Source: an uncultured Candidatus Saccharibacteria bacterium (lineage in GTDB: Bacteria; Patescibacteriota; Saccharimonadia; Saccharimonadales; UBA10212). Taken from it: a stretch of DNA of 64,000 nucleotides. The stretch is taken from contig CAYUUT010000005.1 in the NCBI GenBank assembly GCA_964448095.1, positions 3,306-67,305 on the forward strand. Direction: 5' to 3'. The notes beneath the pieces are model-generated. The model had not been told where the DNA came from and did not search any database. It was given only the letters and a program-made list of their open reading frames with translations. The first letter of the stretch is position 1, and the number at the start of each line of letters is the position of its first letter. A program made the translations under genes and the position numbers. Below, in pieces: positions 45,304 through 54,283 of this stretch.

Positions 45304-47073
45304 TTATTTGATTAATGTATTGAGCTTATCGGCTCGGCGAGTCAGTTTTTCTAGCTCTTTTTCATCGGTTGTCGACTGCATTTCGGCGGCAATCGCCCGG
45401 TTTTGGATTTTTACGTAGCGGTCTATCAAGCGGCGCTTGAGGTTAATGGCTTGTTCCCGCAAATCTTCATAAGCCAAACTCTGGTATAGTTCCTCAAACT
45501 GCAATGCTATAATTTTAACATAATCCCCCTGTTGCTGCAATTGTTTGGCAGTGCTGGGCTGGCCTTTGAAGTCGGGGTTTTTCTGCAGAAATTCTAAAAC
45601 TGTCCGGCGCTCGCCTTCACTAAAAAACTCAGGTTTTAGACTGCCCAGTAAATCGCGCAGTTTTGGCTGCATCAAGGCCATGGCCAGCAGGTTGTCCTGA
45701 AGCTTGTGGTAGTCAATCAGCCCCAGGTCTAAGGGTTTTGAGAGGTCGGGGTTTTTGGGCCGGCGCAGCACTTGATTATCGGGTTGTGTGCCGCCGAATT
45801 TAGATTTAACGGCTTCGAAACTGCTGTCGGTCAGCTCGGCGATTTTTTTGAGATAATGTTCTTGCTCTACGGGGTCGCGCAAGCGGCGGATGGTTGCCAG
45901 CAGCGCGTCAGTAAACTGCTTTTTGCCCTGGGCGGTGGTCAGGTCCAGCTCGGATTTGTAGCGTTCTATCAGCCAGTCCGGAGCATAGACGGCCTTATTG
46001 ATGGCTTTGCGCCAATCATCGGCGCTTTTTTGGATGAGTTCGTCGGGGTCTTTGGCCCCCTTGATGTTGATGACTCGCAGATTCACCTCTATTTTTTGGG
46101 CGAGTGGAATAACCCGTTCGGTAGCGGCAATGCCTGCCCGGTCGGCATCAAAACACAGGCGGATATCGCCGGTAAAACGCTTCAATTCACGCAGGTGCAT
46201 CTCGGTCATGGCGGTGCCGGCGCTGGCTACTACATTAGTTACACCGGCCTGATGGCTGGCAAGCACGTCCATCTGGCCTTCTACGGCTACTACAAAGCCT
46301 TCTTTACGAATGGCCTCTTTGGCCAAGTGCAGGCCAAAGATATTGCGGCTTTTGTCGTAGACCACGGTGGCCGGAGTGTTGATATATTTGGGGGCGTCCG
46401 GCTCGTCTGCCAGCAGACGAGCCGTGAAACCGATGACCATGCCGCGGCTATCGGACAGCGGAATCATAATCCGGCCGCGGAACATATCAGATGGCCGGCC
46501 GGAGCGGATAGTTGCCAGGCCCGCGCCGCGGATATCATCTGTTTCGAAGCCCTTTTTAGTCAGAAAAGTGGTCAGCGCTTGGCCGCTGGCCGGCGAGTAG
46601 CCTAAGTGCCAATCCAACAGGGTTTGCTTGCTAAAACCACGATTTTTTAGGTAGTCCAGGGCGCTTTGGTTGGCGATGAGATGTTTCTGATAAAAGCGCG
46701 TAGCAAGTTCTAGTGCCTCCAGCGCGCGAGTTTTGCGGCTGCGCGCCAGGCTGTTGGACTCGCCGCGGAACTGCTCTAAATCCACGCCAGCCTGGCGTGC
46801 CAACTGCTCCAGCGCGCCGCGAAAATCCAGTCCCTCCATCTCCATCACAAAACCAAAAACATCGCCGCCCTTGCCGGATGAAAAATCGTGCCAAATGCCC
46901 TTCTCTGGGCTGACAATAAAACTGGCGGTTTTCTCGTTAGTCCAGGGGCTAATGCCCTTAAAGTTACGGCCGGCACGCTTGAGCTGGACGTACTGCGCAA
47001 CCACGTCCTCAATATTCAATCTGGATTTAACCTCCGCTACCGCATCCATGCCCCTTAGTATAAGGCTTGCCAA
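45304..47073 (-). CDS. dnaG: DNA primase (zinc-ribbon ligands substituted)
   Basis: TOPRIM motifs VVAVEGQMDVLA and RLCFDADRAGIAA. The N-terminal segment aligns to the Zn ribbon but reads ISPWTNEKTASF...WHDFSSGKGG. Confidence 0.85.
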   Translation of the reverse strand: MASLILRGMDAVAEVKSRLNIEDVVAQYVQLKRAGRNFKGISPWTNEKTASFIVSPEKGIWHDFSSGKGGDVFGFVMEMEGLDFRGALEQLARQAGVDLEQFRGESNSLARSRKTRALEALELATRFYQKHLIANQSALDYLKNRGFSKQTLLDWHLGYSPASGQALTTFLTKKGFETDDIRGAGLATIRSGRPSDMFRGRIMIPLSDSRGMVIGFTARLLADEPDAPKYINTPATVVYDKSRNIFGLHLAKEAIRKEGFVVAVEGQMDVLASHQAGVTNVVASAGTAMTEMHLRELKRFTGDIRLCFDADRAGIAATERVIPLAQKIEVNLRVINIKGAKDPDELIQKSADDWRKAINKAVYAPDWLIERYKSELDLTTAQGKKQFTDALLATIRRLRDPVEQEHYLKKIAELTDSSFEAVKSKFGGTQPDNQVLRRPKNPDLSKPLDLGLIDYHKLQDNLLAMALMQPKLRDLLGSLKPEFFSEGERRTVLEFLQKNPDFKGQPSTAKQLQQQGDYVKIIALQFEELYQSLAYEDLREQAINLKRRLIDRYVKIQNRAIAAEMQSTTDEKELEKLTRRADKLNTLIK

Positions 47074-47139
47074 TCAAGCGTTACAGCATAAGCGTTTTCT
47101 GATATATTGAGGCTAATTAATTTAAGATAAGGAAAACTC

Positions 47140-47757
47140 ATGAAACGTGGGCAAAAAGGGTTCGGCGTAATTGAAGGGCTGCTGATAGTCATTATCGTGC
47201 TGCTGGTGGGCTTTATTGGCTACTACGTTTACCATTCAAGAAATAGCACAAGCGCAACGTCCAATAACCCCACAAACTCTTCAGACTCTACGATATATAA
47301 CGGATGGCAGTCTTATTCAGATTCTGCAGCTGAGTATTCAGTCAAGCTCCCCACGGGCTGGAAGTTCGCTAAAGGCCAACCGCTCTTAAGTGGCGGCCAA
47401 GTCGCTAATGATTATCAAGGCAAACCGATCATTGGCCCTGACGAATTTTTGCCAACCAAAGTTGCGTACGACAACGTTGCAAATGTTTTGCAAGTCTATA
47501 CCGATAATTCAAACTTAACTCCAGTGGATTACTACACTCAAAATGGAGTGGGACGAGCCGGTGACATTGTTTCGCAGAATTCTGACCCCATAAATGGCTA
47601 TGACGCATACTCGGCCAAGGATACTTTGGGCGGAGGAACCTACTACGTGATAATCCTGACTCATAAGGGTAAAGTCGTAGAATATAGTTACTATACGACC
47701 ACCCAATACGCCGACGATATGAATAAAGTCGTACAATCCACGAAGTTCTTAAATTGA
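47140..47757 (+). CDS. type IV pilin-like protein (class III signal peptide)
   Basis: MKRGQKG|FGVIEGLLIVIIVLLVGF: a Gly-Phe cleavage context with Glu at +5 and a hydrophobic helix. Confidence 0.6.
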   Translation: MKRGQKGFGVIEGLLIVIIVLLVGFIGYYVYHSRNSTSATSNNPTNSSDSTIYNGWQSYSDSAAEYSVKLPTGWKFAKGQPLLSGGQVANDYQGKPIIGPDEFLPTKVAYDNVANVLQVYTDNSNLTPVDYYTQNGVGRAGDIVSQNSDPINGYDAYSAKDTLGGGTYYVIILTHKGKVVEYSYYTTTQYADDMNKVVQSTKFLN

Positions 47758-47810
47758 TAGCTATTTACTAATGCCTTCTCTAGACCCCGACTCTAAGCCC
47801 CTGTATTATT

Positions 47811-48422
47811 ATGCTTATGCAGCCGCAGACTCCCAGCCAACAATTCGACTTCATAACGCAGGACGGGCAGCCCAGCAAAAAAGGCTCAGGCTTGCCGCTG
47901 CCGCATTTACCTAAACTAGCCTGGATTATTCTGGGGGCGGTTTTTGGGGTTATTGTGTTGGTAATTATCGTATCGTCAATTTCAGGCAATAAAGGTGACA
48001 ATTCACAGAATTACCTAGTTGCGCTGGCCCGCGGCCAGGAAATTATCCGGGTTAGCACTAGCGTTGGACAACTGGCCCAAGACACTCCAACCCAAAACCT
48101 ATCGGCCACCGTCCAAAATTCACTGACCAGCGAGCAAACCCAATTAACCAGCTACCTTGCCGACCAAAAAGTTAAGCCCGGCACGCTGCAGCTGGCAGCC
48201 GACAAAAACTCAAACACTGACACCCAAATGCAAACCGCCTCCACCAATGGAAATTTAAGCGGTGTGTACGCATCCTATCTAAAGGCTCAATTAGCGACTT
48301 ATGAAACCGACCTGCAGCAAGCTTACAAAAACGCTGGGCCAAAGGGTAAAACCATCCTAAGCAACGCCTATAATAGTGTCCAAGTTATCCTGCAGTCGCC
48401 CCAAGTAGCCGACGCTACTTAG
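47811..48422 (+). CDS. single-pass membrane protein (hypothetical)
   Basis: TM helix LAWIILGAVFGVIVLVIIVSSI followed by a Q/T/S-rich soluble domain. Confidence 0.5.
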   Translation: MLMQPQTPSQQFDFITQDGQPSKKGSGLPLPHLPKLAWIILGAVFGVIVLVIIVSSISGNKGDNSQNYLVALARGQEIIRVSTSVGQLAQDTPTQNLSATVQNSLTSEQTQLTSYLADQKVKPGTLQLAADKNSNTDTQMQTASTNGNLSGVYASYLKAQLATYETDLQQAYKNAGPKGKTILSNAYNSVQVILQSPQVADAT

Positions 48423-48732
48423 TAGCTAAATCATAACTCAGGCGAATTAAATCTTTTATTTCCTCCCAGCTCAGCTGGCCGGTCAGCAAAATAGTATTCC
48501 AGTGTTTCTTATTAAGATGATAGCCGGGCAGAACTGACTCGTATTTCTCACGCAAGGTTTCGGCCAGCAACGGGTCGCACTTTAGGCTTAGTTGTATGGG
48601 CATTTTGCCTTCGCGTACCAGGGCGAACATCTTGCCCTCGGCCTTATATACCGCTACGCTTTCGCCAAACGGGTATTCCAGCTTGGAATTCGGTAGACTC
48701 AGCAAGTATTTTTCTATTTCTTTATGTGTCAT
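48415..48732 (-). CDS. MmcQ/YjbR-family protein
   Basis: PFGESVAVYKAEGKMFALV...LKCDP...PGYHLNKKHWNTI pattern. Confidence 0.65.
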   Translation of the reverse strand: MTHKEIEKYLLSLPNSKLEYPFGESVAVYKAEGKMFALVREGKMPIQLSLKCDPLLAETLREKYESVLPGYHLNKKHWNTILLTGQLSWEEIKDLIRLSYDLATK

Positions 48733-48774
48733 GAGCCGATTTTACCAAATGTAGGGGATTAATATACTAAGTTT

Positions 48775-48812
48775 TTGACAGTTCTGCATAAGTTCTGCAT
48801 AAAGAGTATAAT
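48775..48812 (+). promoter_or_regulatory. consensus TTGACA and TATAAT boxes separated by 26 nt that include a perfect 11-nt tandem duplication (gttctgcataa x2, 48781..48802)
   Basis: Read directly. Removing one unit would leave a 15-nt spacer. Confidence 0.6.
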
Positions 48813-48841
48813 GAAAGTATCAATTGAGGGAGAAGTTCAAA

Positions 48842-50635
48842 ATGAGTCTATATGTGGTGTCTCGGTGGATTAAACAAACAGTCAAAAGAACATTTGTCGC
48901 TACTTCAGTAATTATTGTCAGTGCCAGTAGTCTGGCAGTCGCAGCACCATTGTTTTTTGGCCAGACTGCATATGCGACTGGCGATATAGACATTACAAAC
49001 GTCGCGCAACTACGTGACGCAATCAAAAATCAGGCCGATGGCCAGACTTGGACGGTTGAGGCTGGTGACTACGGGCTTACGTCATTCTCAGACATCACGA
49101 CACAAGGCCAAACTGGCTGGTACTTCCCCGTTACCGCTAACAATATCACAATCAACGGGGTCGGTAACCCAACCATTTACGGCACTGGCTACAGTGCCAA
49201 CGGTGCATGGGCAACACAAGACCTCATGGCAATATTTGGCAATAACGTAACCATTAACGGCCTCACTCTCATGCCAAAAGTTGAGCCCAACAAAACTATA
49301 GAGGTAGTCGGTAATGACGCAACAATCGAAAACACTACAATCACGCCAAACACCTTGACGGACCAGACAGAATATAACAATCTCAGCGATCCTACAGAGA
49401 AAGATTGGGGTGGCTCGATTTACTACAACGGTGCAGGCGGCACCCAAATTCTCGATAACGTTACTATCAACAACGGCGGTGTTTCCTACCACGCTGCCGC
49501 CGCGGGTGTTAACTTGGTCTTTACTAACGTTAAGCTGGACTATTCTACCAGCGCAGACTGGATAAACGGCTACCGCTACAGCGACCACTTCGACAACCCA
49601 GCCGGCTCTACTCTGACCGGAACACCGCAGGTGACCTACCACGTCAGCACCGTTCTGAACAACTTAGACAGTGTACTTGCCAGTGTAAAGGATGGTGATA
49701 CCATCGATACTACAACTTCTTCCGCCGGACCGATAAACCTTACCGGTACTACGCAGACCGGCCAGACGGTGACGGCAAACATTCCAGCTGGCACTACGGT
49801 TACAGCCTCTGGTGCAGGAGTATGGGACGGGGTCATAAACCCGCCCACGATAACCTCAGTCAGTTTACCGCCAACGCCCGGATTTACGACTGCTGTCACA
49901 TCGGCAATCGAAATTGGTTCGGGCTCTTTCAGCCTGAACTTTGATGCCGCGGCGAGACTTCTCTTCCCGGGCGCAGCCAACCAATTAGTAGGATTTATCC
50001 CCGTAGGTGGCGCTTTTACACCAATAACCACGACTTGCAACGGAGACACCCAGAGCCAGGCCAATAGTCAGTTGCTCCCCGCAGGCGGTGCTTGTTACAT
50101 GAATGTTGGCTCTGACTTGGTTGTTTGGACTACTCACTTTACCCAATTTGTTACCTACACCAAGACTGTGGTGACTCCAGCCGTTCAGACAACAAAGAGC
50201 AATACATACGTAGTACAATCTGGCGACACCATGAGTAGCATTGCCCAAAAATTTGGATTGACGCTTGCTCAATTGGAGAGCCTAAACCCCCAAGCTGGCC
50301 ACCCAGCAGGCAACTTTGACTTAATCTTGCCTGGCGACGTACTTAACGTAAGCAGTGCAGTTCTCTTGACCTCGTCAGCGGCAGCCAGCAGTAATGCCGT
50401 GACACCAAGTAGCACAGGAACTTCGTCCGTATTGGGTAGCAATACTGGTAATGGCCACGCTCTGTCCACCAATACTACAAAAACTACTCCCGCCGTAGCT
50501 TCGGCTGTCACAGCCTCAAGCAGTGGCAAACTGCTGGGCCTAAAATGGTGGTGGTGGGTAGGTATACTTGTGGTAGTAGCTGCTATCCTGTACTACGTTT
50601 ACCGATTGGCCGACGCCAACAAACACAATTCTTAA
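48842..50635 (+). CDS. surface protein with beta-helix-like repeats, a LysM domain and a C-terminal membrane anchor
   Basis: ATG at 48842 after GAGGGAG. NITINGVGN, NVTINGLTL and ATIENTTIT repeats. LysM segment YVVQSGDTMSSIAQKFGLTLAQLESLN. Terminal WWWWVGILVVVAAILYYVY. The listed ORF starts at a TTG at 48824. Confidence 0.7.
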   Translation: MSLYVVSRWIKQTVKRTFVATSVIIVSASSLAVAAPLFFGQTAYATGDIDITNVAQLRDAIKNQADGQTWTVEAGDYGLTSFSDITTQGQTGWYFPVTANNITINGVGNPTIYGTGYSANGAWATQDLMAIFGNNVTINGLTLMPKVEPNKTIEVVGNDATIENTTITPNTLTDQTEYNNLSDPTEKDWGGSIYYNGAGGTQILDNVTINNGGVSYHAAAAGVNLVFTNVKLDYSTSADWINGYRYSDHFDNPAGSTLTGTPQVTYHVSTVLNNLDSVLASVKDGDTIDTTTSSAGPINLTGTTQTGQTVTANIPAGTTVTASGAGVWDGVINPPTITSVSLPPTPGFTTAVTSAIEIGSGSFSLNFDAAARLLFPGAANQLVGFIPVGGAFTPITTTCNGDTQSQANSQLLPAGGACYMNVGSDLVVWTTHFTQFVTYTKTVVTPAVQTTKSNTYVVQSGDTMSSIAQKFGLTLAQLESLNPQAGHPAGNFDLILPGDVLNVSSAVLLTSSAAASSNAVTPSSTGTSSVLGSNTGNGHALSTNTTKTTPAVASAVTASSSGKLLGLKWWWWVGILVVVAAILYYVYRLADANKHNS

Positions 50636-50647
50636 AACTCAATAAGG

Positions 50648-51058
50648 CTAGCTTCTCTTGATCTCGTTCTTGGGCATAAAATCTAGGCTGGCGGAGTTGA
50701 TGCAGAAACGCTGGCCAGTAGGCTGATCGTAGGCGTCATTAAAGACATGGCCGAGGTGACTACCACAGACAGCGCAGGTTACTTCTACGCGGCGCATACC
50801 GCCACTATTGTCTTCGCTAAGTTTGACCGCACCCGTACTGGCGACATCATAGAAACTGGGCCAGCCGCTGCCACTATCGAACTTTTGATCACTTTTGAAT
50901 AGCTCATTGCCACAAACCGGGCAAACATAAGCTCCCTGTTCTTTATTCTCTAAAAGTTTGCCGGTAAACGGTGCTTCAGTCCCCTTTTCGCGCAGGATAT
51001 GATATTGCTCGGGCGTCAGCTTTTTCTTTAATTCTTCGTCTGTGAACTGCTTAGCCAC
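50648..51058 (-). CDS. msrB: peptide-methionine (R)-S-oxide reductase
   Basis: [21 protein letters not shown] and RFCINS motifs. Confidence 0.9.
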   Translation of the reverse strand: MAKQFTDEELKKKLTPEQYHILREKGTEAPFTGKLLENKEQGAYVCPVCGNELFKSDQKFDSGSGWPSFYDVASTGAVKLSEDNSGGMRRVEVTCAVCGSHLGHVFNDAYDQPTGQRFCINSASLDFMPKNEIKRS

Positions 51059-51060
51059 AG

Positions 51061-51408
51061 CTATTTTTTGTCCTTGGCCGCTTTGTCGAATTTGTCAAAA
51101 CCCAGACCTTTGACCACGAAATAAATTACCGCGGCGACTGCAAGCAGCTGGATTAGGAACGAGACTATTGAGCCCCACTGAATAATCAGAGTGTGCGGCG
51201 GACCAGCCAGCTTGACGGTCATACTGTCCAGGCCGGATGGGTTATGCGTTATGAAGCTGAGCACGAACGACACTATCGGATTGATGAAACCGGAAACAAT
51301 TCCTTTGGTGGTTGTCGTTACCTGAGTACCGATGGCCAAACCCACAGCCAGCCCGACCACGCCTTGAGTGCGCACAAAGTCCATAAATCCTCTAAGTTGC
51401 TTGCTCAC
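51061..51408 (-). CDS. mscL: large-conductance mechanosensitive channel
   Basis: GTG start after [28 protein letters not shown] is typical of MscL. Confidence 0.8.
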   Translation of the reverse strand: MSKQLRGFMDFVRTQGVVGLAVGLAIGTQVTTTTKGIVSGFINPIVSFVLSFITHNPSGLDSMTVKLAGPPHTLIIQWGSIVSFLIQLLAVAAVIYFVVKGLGFDKFDKAAKDKK

Positions 51409-51425
51409 TTAATCCTCCTATTTAG

Positions 51426-51500
51426 GCCGTATTATATAGCTTCGCGCCAGGAAAGCTTTAATTTTTAAAGACTTGCTTTCTTGGGCTCGGCATATAATTC
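51426..51500. repeat. 75-nt palindromic intergenic element, copy A
   Basis: Shares GCC.T.ATTATATAGCTTC..GCCAGG ... CTTGG..TCGGCATATAATTC with 53821..53895. Internal stem is CCAGGAAAGC/GCTTTCTTGG. Confidence 0.75.
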
Positions 51501-51527
51501 TCGCTAATCGCTCAAAGTATACAAGAT

Positions 51528-53132
51528 TCACATCTTATCGGGCGCGGCAATGTTTAATATGCCCAAGCCGTGTTTAAGCACGCCGGCGTAAGACGTGACC
51601 AGTTGGAGCCGCAGCTCTTGACGCGGGTCGTCAAGTACCCGGTTGCTTTCGTAGAAGCGATTGAAGGTCTGGGCGAGTTCATATAGATACGTGCAGATAT
51701 GGTGCGGCATCAGTTCGGCGGTGGCTTTGGCGATGGCCTCTGGATATTCAGAGATTTTGCGCGCCAGACTGCGCTCACCGGACTCAAGGTTATTAAGATC
51801 TTTGGAAGTTACTTTGCCGGCCTTGGTTAAAATGCTTCGTGCCCGGGCATGGGCGTACTGTAAATATGGACCGCTGTTGCCCTCCAGGCTAATGGATTCT
51901 TTGATGTCTAGGGCGATGTCCGAACCCAACCGATGCTTTAGAAAAGCGTATTTTACGGCGGCAAAAGTGACTTCTTTTCTGACTGGTGAGTCGGGATATT
52001 GCTTATGGACGGCGTCTTTAATTTCCAGCAGCAGCTTCATGGCGGTGTAAACATTGCCGCTGCGGCTGCTCATTTTGCCGGTAGAAAGACTGATAAAGCC
52101 GTGCGCCAGATGGGTAGTTTTTTTGGCCAGCGCCGGGTCAATCTGGGCTAATGCCGCCAGCATTACCTTAAAATACTCGCTCTGTTCGTTGGCGGTGATG
52201 ATTACCGAGCGGGCGGCGTTCGGGTAATCCTGGTTTTTTAGCTCGGCCAGGCCTAGATCTTTGGTTTCATAGGTTGGCAAACCATTGGAGGTGATAAAAA
52301 CTCGGGTGTGCAGGCCGACTTTTTCGCCGTCGTACACTACCGCGCCGTCACTTCGTTTGAAAACATTCTGATTTTCTTCGACAAACTTTAGACCAACCGG
52401 AGTTGCTTCGCTTTCAAAATAATCATGGTCGTATTTTAGGCCGAGTAATTCGTAGATCTTTTCAAACTCAGCCAGACTCTGGCTGCGTCCCTGCTCGTAG
52501 AGTTTGTTGATGTCTTCGTCATCGTGTTTATAAACGTGTTCATTGATAACTTGGATCTCGGCTTTGGCGTTCTCATCATCCTCATAGGCTTTAGCACCGG
52601 CGGCGTAGCATTCGCTAATAGAACCTTTGTTATTCCGCATGCCCCAGATTGCCATGGCAACATGCCGGCCAACGTCGCCGTGATAGCCCAGACGTCTGAC
52701 CTTGCCACCGTCAGCTTGCAGCAAACTGGCAATCGCGTCGCCGACAATCAAAGAATACAAATGGCCGATGTGCATTTCCTTAAAAGGATTGGCGTCACCG
52801 AATTCAACCAAAATTTCCTGGTCTTTTAGCGGCTGCGGCAGGTCAGCGGCAGTCAGGGCGGTCCGGGCGAGTTTTTCATCTGTTAATTTAAAGTTCAGGA
52901 AGCCCGGGCCGGCTACTTGCGGCGGCTCTGCCAGCAAGGCGTGGCCCTTTAATTCAGCTGCCAAACCCTCAGCCACCTCGCGCGGATTTTTGCCCAGTTG
53001 TTTGGCCAGCCGCAACGCCGCGTTGCTGGCGTAATCACCGAACTTCTCTTCCGGCCGCGTCAAATCGACATCAATATCAACGTCAAAAAGTTTGCCAGCC
53101 GCGGTCTCTAGAGCGGCCCTTAACTCATCCAT
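51528..53132 (-). CDS. argS: arginine--tRNA ligase
   Basis: HIGH motif (MHIGHLYS), KMSK-like GKMSSRSG and a DALR anticodon-binding C-terminus. Confidence 0.9.
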   Translation of the reverse strand: MDELRAALETAAGKLFDVDIDVDLTRPEEKFGDYASNAALRLAKQLGKNPREVAEGLAAELKGHALLAEPPQVAGPGFLNFKLTDEKLARTALTAADLPQPLKDQEILVEFGDANPFKEMHIGHLYSLIVGDAIASLLQADGGKVRRLGYHGDVGRHVAMAIWGMRNNKGSISECYAAGAKAYEDDENAKAEIQVINEHVYKHDDEDINKLYEQGRSQSLAEFEKIYELLGLKYDHDYFESEATPVGLKFVEENQNVFKRSDGAVVYDGEKVGLHTRVFITSNGLPTYETKDLGLAELKNQDYPNAARSVIITANEQSEYFKVMLAALAQIDPALAKKTTHLAHGFISLSTGKMSSRSGNVYTAMKLLLEIKDAVHKQYPDSPVRKEVTFAAVKYAFLKHRLGSDIALDIKESISLEGNSGPYLQYAHARARSILTKAGKVTSKDLNNLESGERSLARKISEYPEAIAKATAELMPHHICTYLYELAQTFNRFYESNRVLDDPRQELRLQLVTSYAGVLKHGLGILNIAAPDKM

Positions 53133-53148
53133 ATACTAATCATATCAG

Positions 53149-53820
53149 TTAAGAACGCTTTTTGGGCGACCCCAGCACCAGCCAAATAGCCAGGTATAAA
53201 CTGCCAAGCAGTACAAAAAACAAACCGGTAACGTTGATGCCGCGCGGATGGCCAAAGGGATCAACTACTTGGTCCGAAACATTCAAAATCACACTGGTCG
53301 GGTTGGTCACCACATCCCAGGTGCTCCAGCGCAGATCGCGTCCGATAAAAATCGCAAAACTGGAAAGCAATAAAATTGCAGCGACTGCCCAACCGCTCCA
53401 GGCTGTGCTACGCCGCTTTAGAAATTCACCGTGAATCATATATAAACTGGCAAATCCCAAGCAAAAACCGGCGATGACCAGACTGCACATCATCACGATG
53501 TCGTAGAGCTGACTAATCTCGCCGGTGGGAACAACATGCACGAAGTCAGTCAGCACGTACCAGGTGTTGGGCAGAAAGAATAACCACAGCAGACTCAAGC
53601 AAATATTTTGCCAACTAGTCCAGGCGCGGACTTTAAGCCGCTTGGTTAAAAACCAGCCAATGGCCAGCGCCAGCCAAGCCAGGGCCAGGTTCTCCGGTAC
53701 GAAGATAAAGTGCCAGGTACCTGTAACCACGACTCGCACTATGTAAAAAGCCACACACAAGGCACTTAGCAGGCCCGTGGCCCGCATGAATTTTTTTTCG
53801 GCCTCACTTAGCTTGAACAC
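53149..53820 (-). CDS. DUF1361-like polytopic membrane protein
   Basis: GTG start 6 nt after a TATAAT. NLALAWLALAIGW and LPNTWYVLTDFVH motifs resemble DUF1361. Confidence 0.5.
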   Translation of the reverse strand: MFKLSEAEKKFMRATGLLSALCVAFYIVRVVVTGTWHFIFVPENLALAWLALAIGWFLTKRLKVRAWTSWQNICLSLLWLFFLPNTWYVLTDFVHVVPTGEISQLYDIVMMCSLVIAGFCLGFASLYMIHGEFLKRRSTAWSGWAVAAILLLSSFAIFIGRDLRWSTWDVVTNPTSVILNVSDQVVDPFGHPRGINVTGLFFVLLGSLYLAIWLVLGSPKKRS

Positions 53821-53895
53821 GCCATTATTATATAGCTTCTAGCCAGGTTTGCCTTTATTTATAAGGACGGCAAACTTGGTTTCGGCATATAATTC
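53821..53895. repeat. 75-nt palindromic intergenic element, copy B
   Basis: Internal stem is CCAGGTTTGCC/GGCAAACTTGG. The inner stem sequence differs from copy A, but complementarity is kept. Confidence 0.75.
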
Positions 53896-53948
53896 CCCTA
53901 ACCGGGGGATTATACCGCGAAACAGATGAGATGCAGCGGATTAATATT

Positions 53949-53974
53949 TATACATTTACATATTTGAATGTATA
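53949..53974. promoter_or_regulatory. AT-rich inverted repeat, candidate ArsR-family operator
   Basis: TATACATT-N10-AATGTATA lies immediately upstream of, and overlaps, the arsR-like ORF start. Confidence 0.4.
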
Positions 53975-54267
53975 TACTATACTTAATGTACATCATGCAT
54001 GAGGATAAAACCGTTACTGTGCTAAAGGCACTGGCCGACCCGACCAGGTTAAGACTAGTCCGCCAACTGGCTAACTGCCCCACTGGCGAGAAAAGCTGCA
54101 GCGATTTATCGTCTCGTACCGAATTAAGCCAACCGGCAATGAGCCATCACTTCAGTAGATTGGCGGCGGCCGGCGTACTGCTCGAGAGTAAAAGCGGTAC
54201 CCACAAGTCTTACGAAATCAACAAGCAGCTGCTTGCCAGTTGCGGTATTGATGCCAGCAAACTATAA
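53968..54267 (+). CDS. ArsR/SmtB-family transcriptional regulator
   Basis: LKALADPTRLRLVRQLA...SQPAMSHHFSRL wHTH. The internal ATG at 53995 (MHEDKTV...) may be the true start. Confidence 0.8.
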   Translation: MYILYLMYIMHEDKTVTVLKALADPTRLRLVRQLANCPTGEKSCSDLSSRTELSQPAMSHHFSRLAAAGVLLESKSGTHKSYEINKQLLASCGIDASKL

Positions 54268-54283
54268 ATTAAAAGGAGTAGAT

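Noticed and set aside
45772-46605. 277-aa plus-strand ORF inside dnaG; likewise 62003..62962 in groEL, 27253..27930 in rnj, 58164..58820 in the ABC genes, 12991..13539 in ftsK and 44172..44630 in rpoD
   Set aside because: All lie antisense to genes with unambiguous conserved motifs. Their products are low-complexity with no recognisable features, so they are shadow ORFs.
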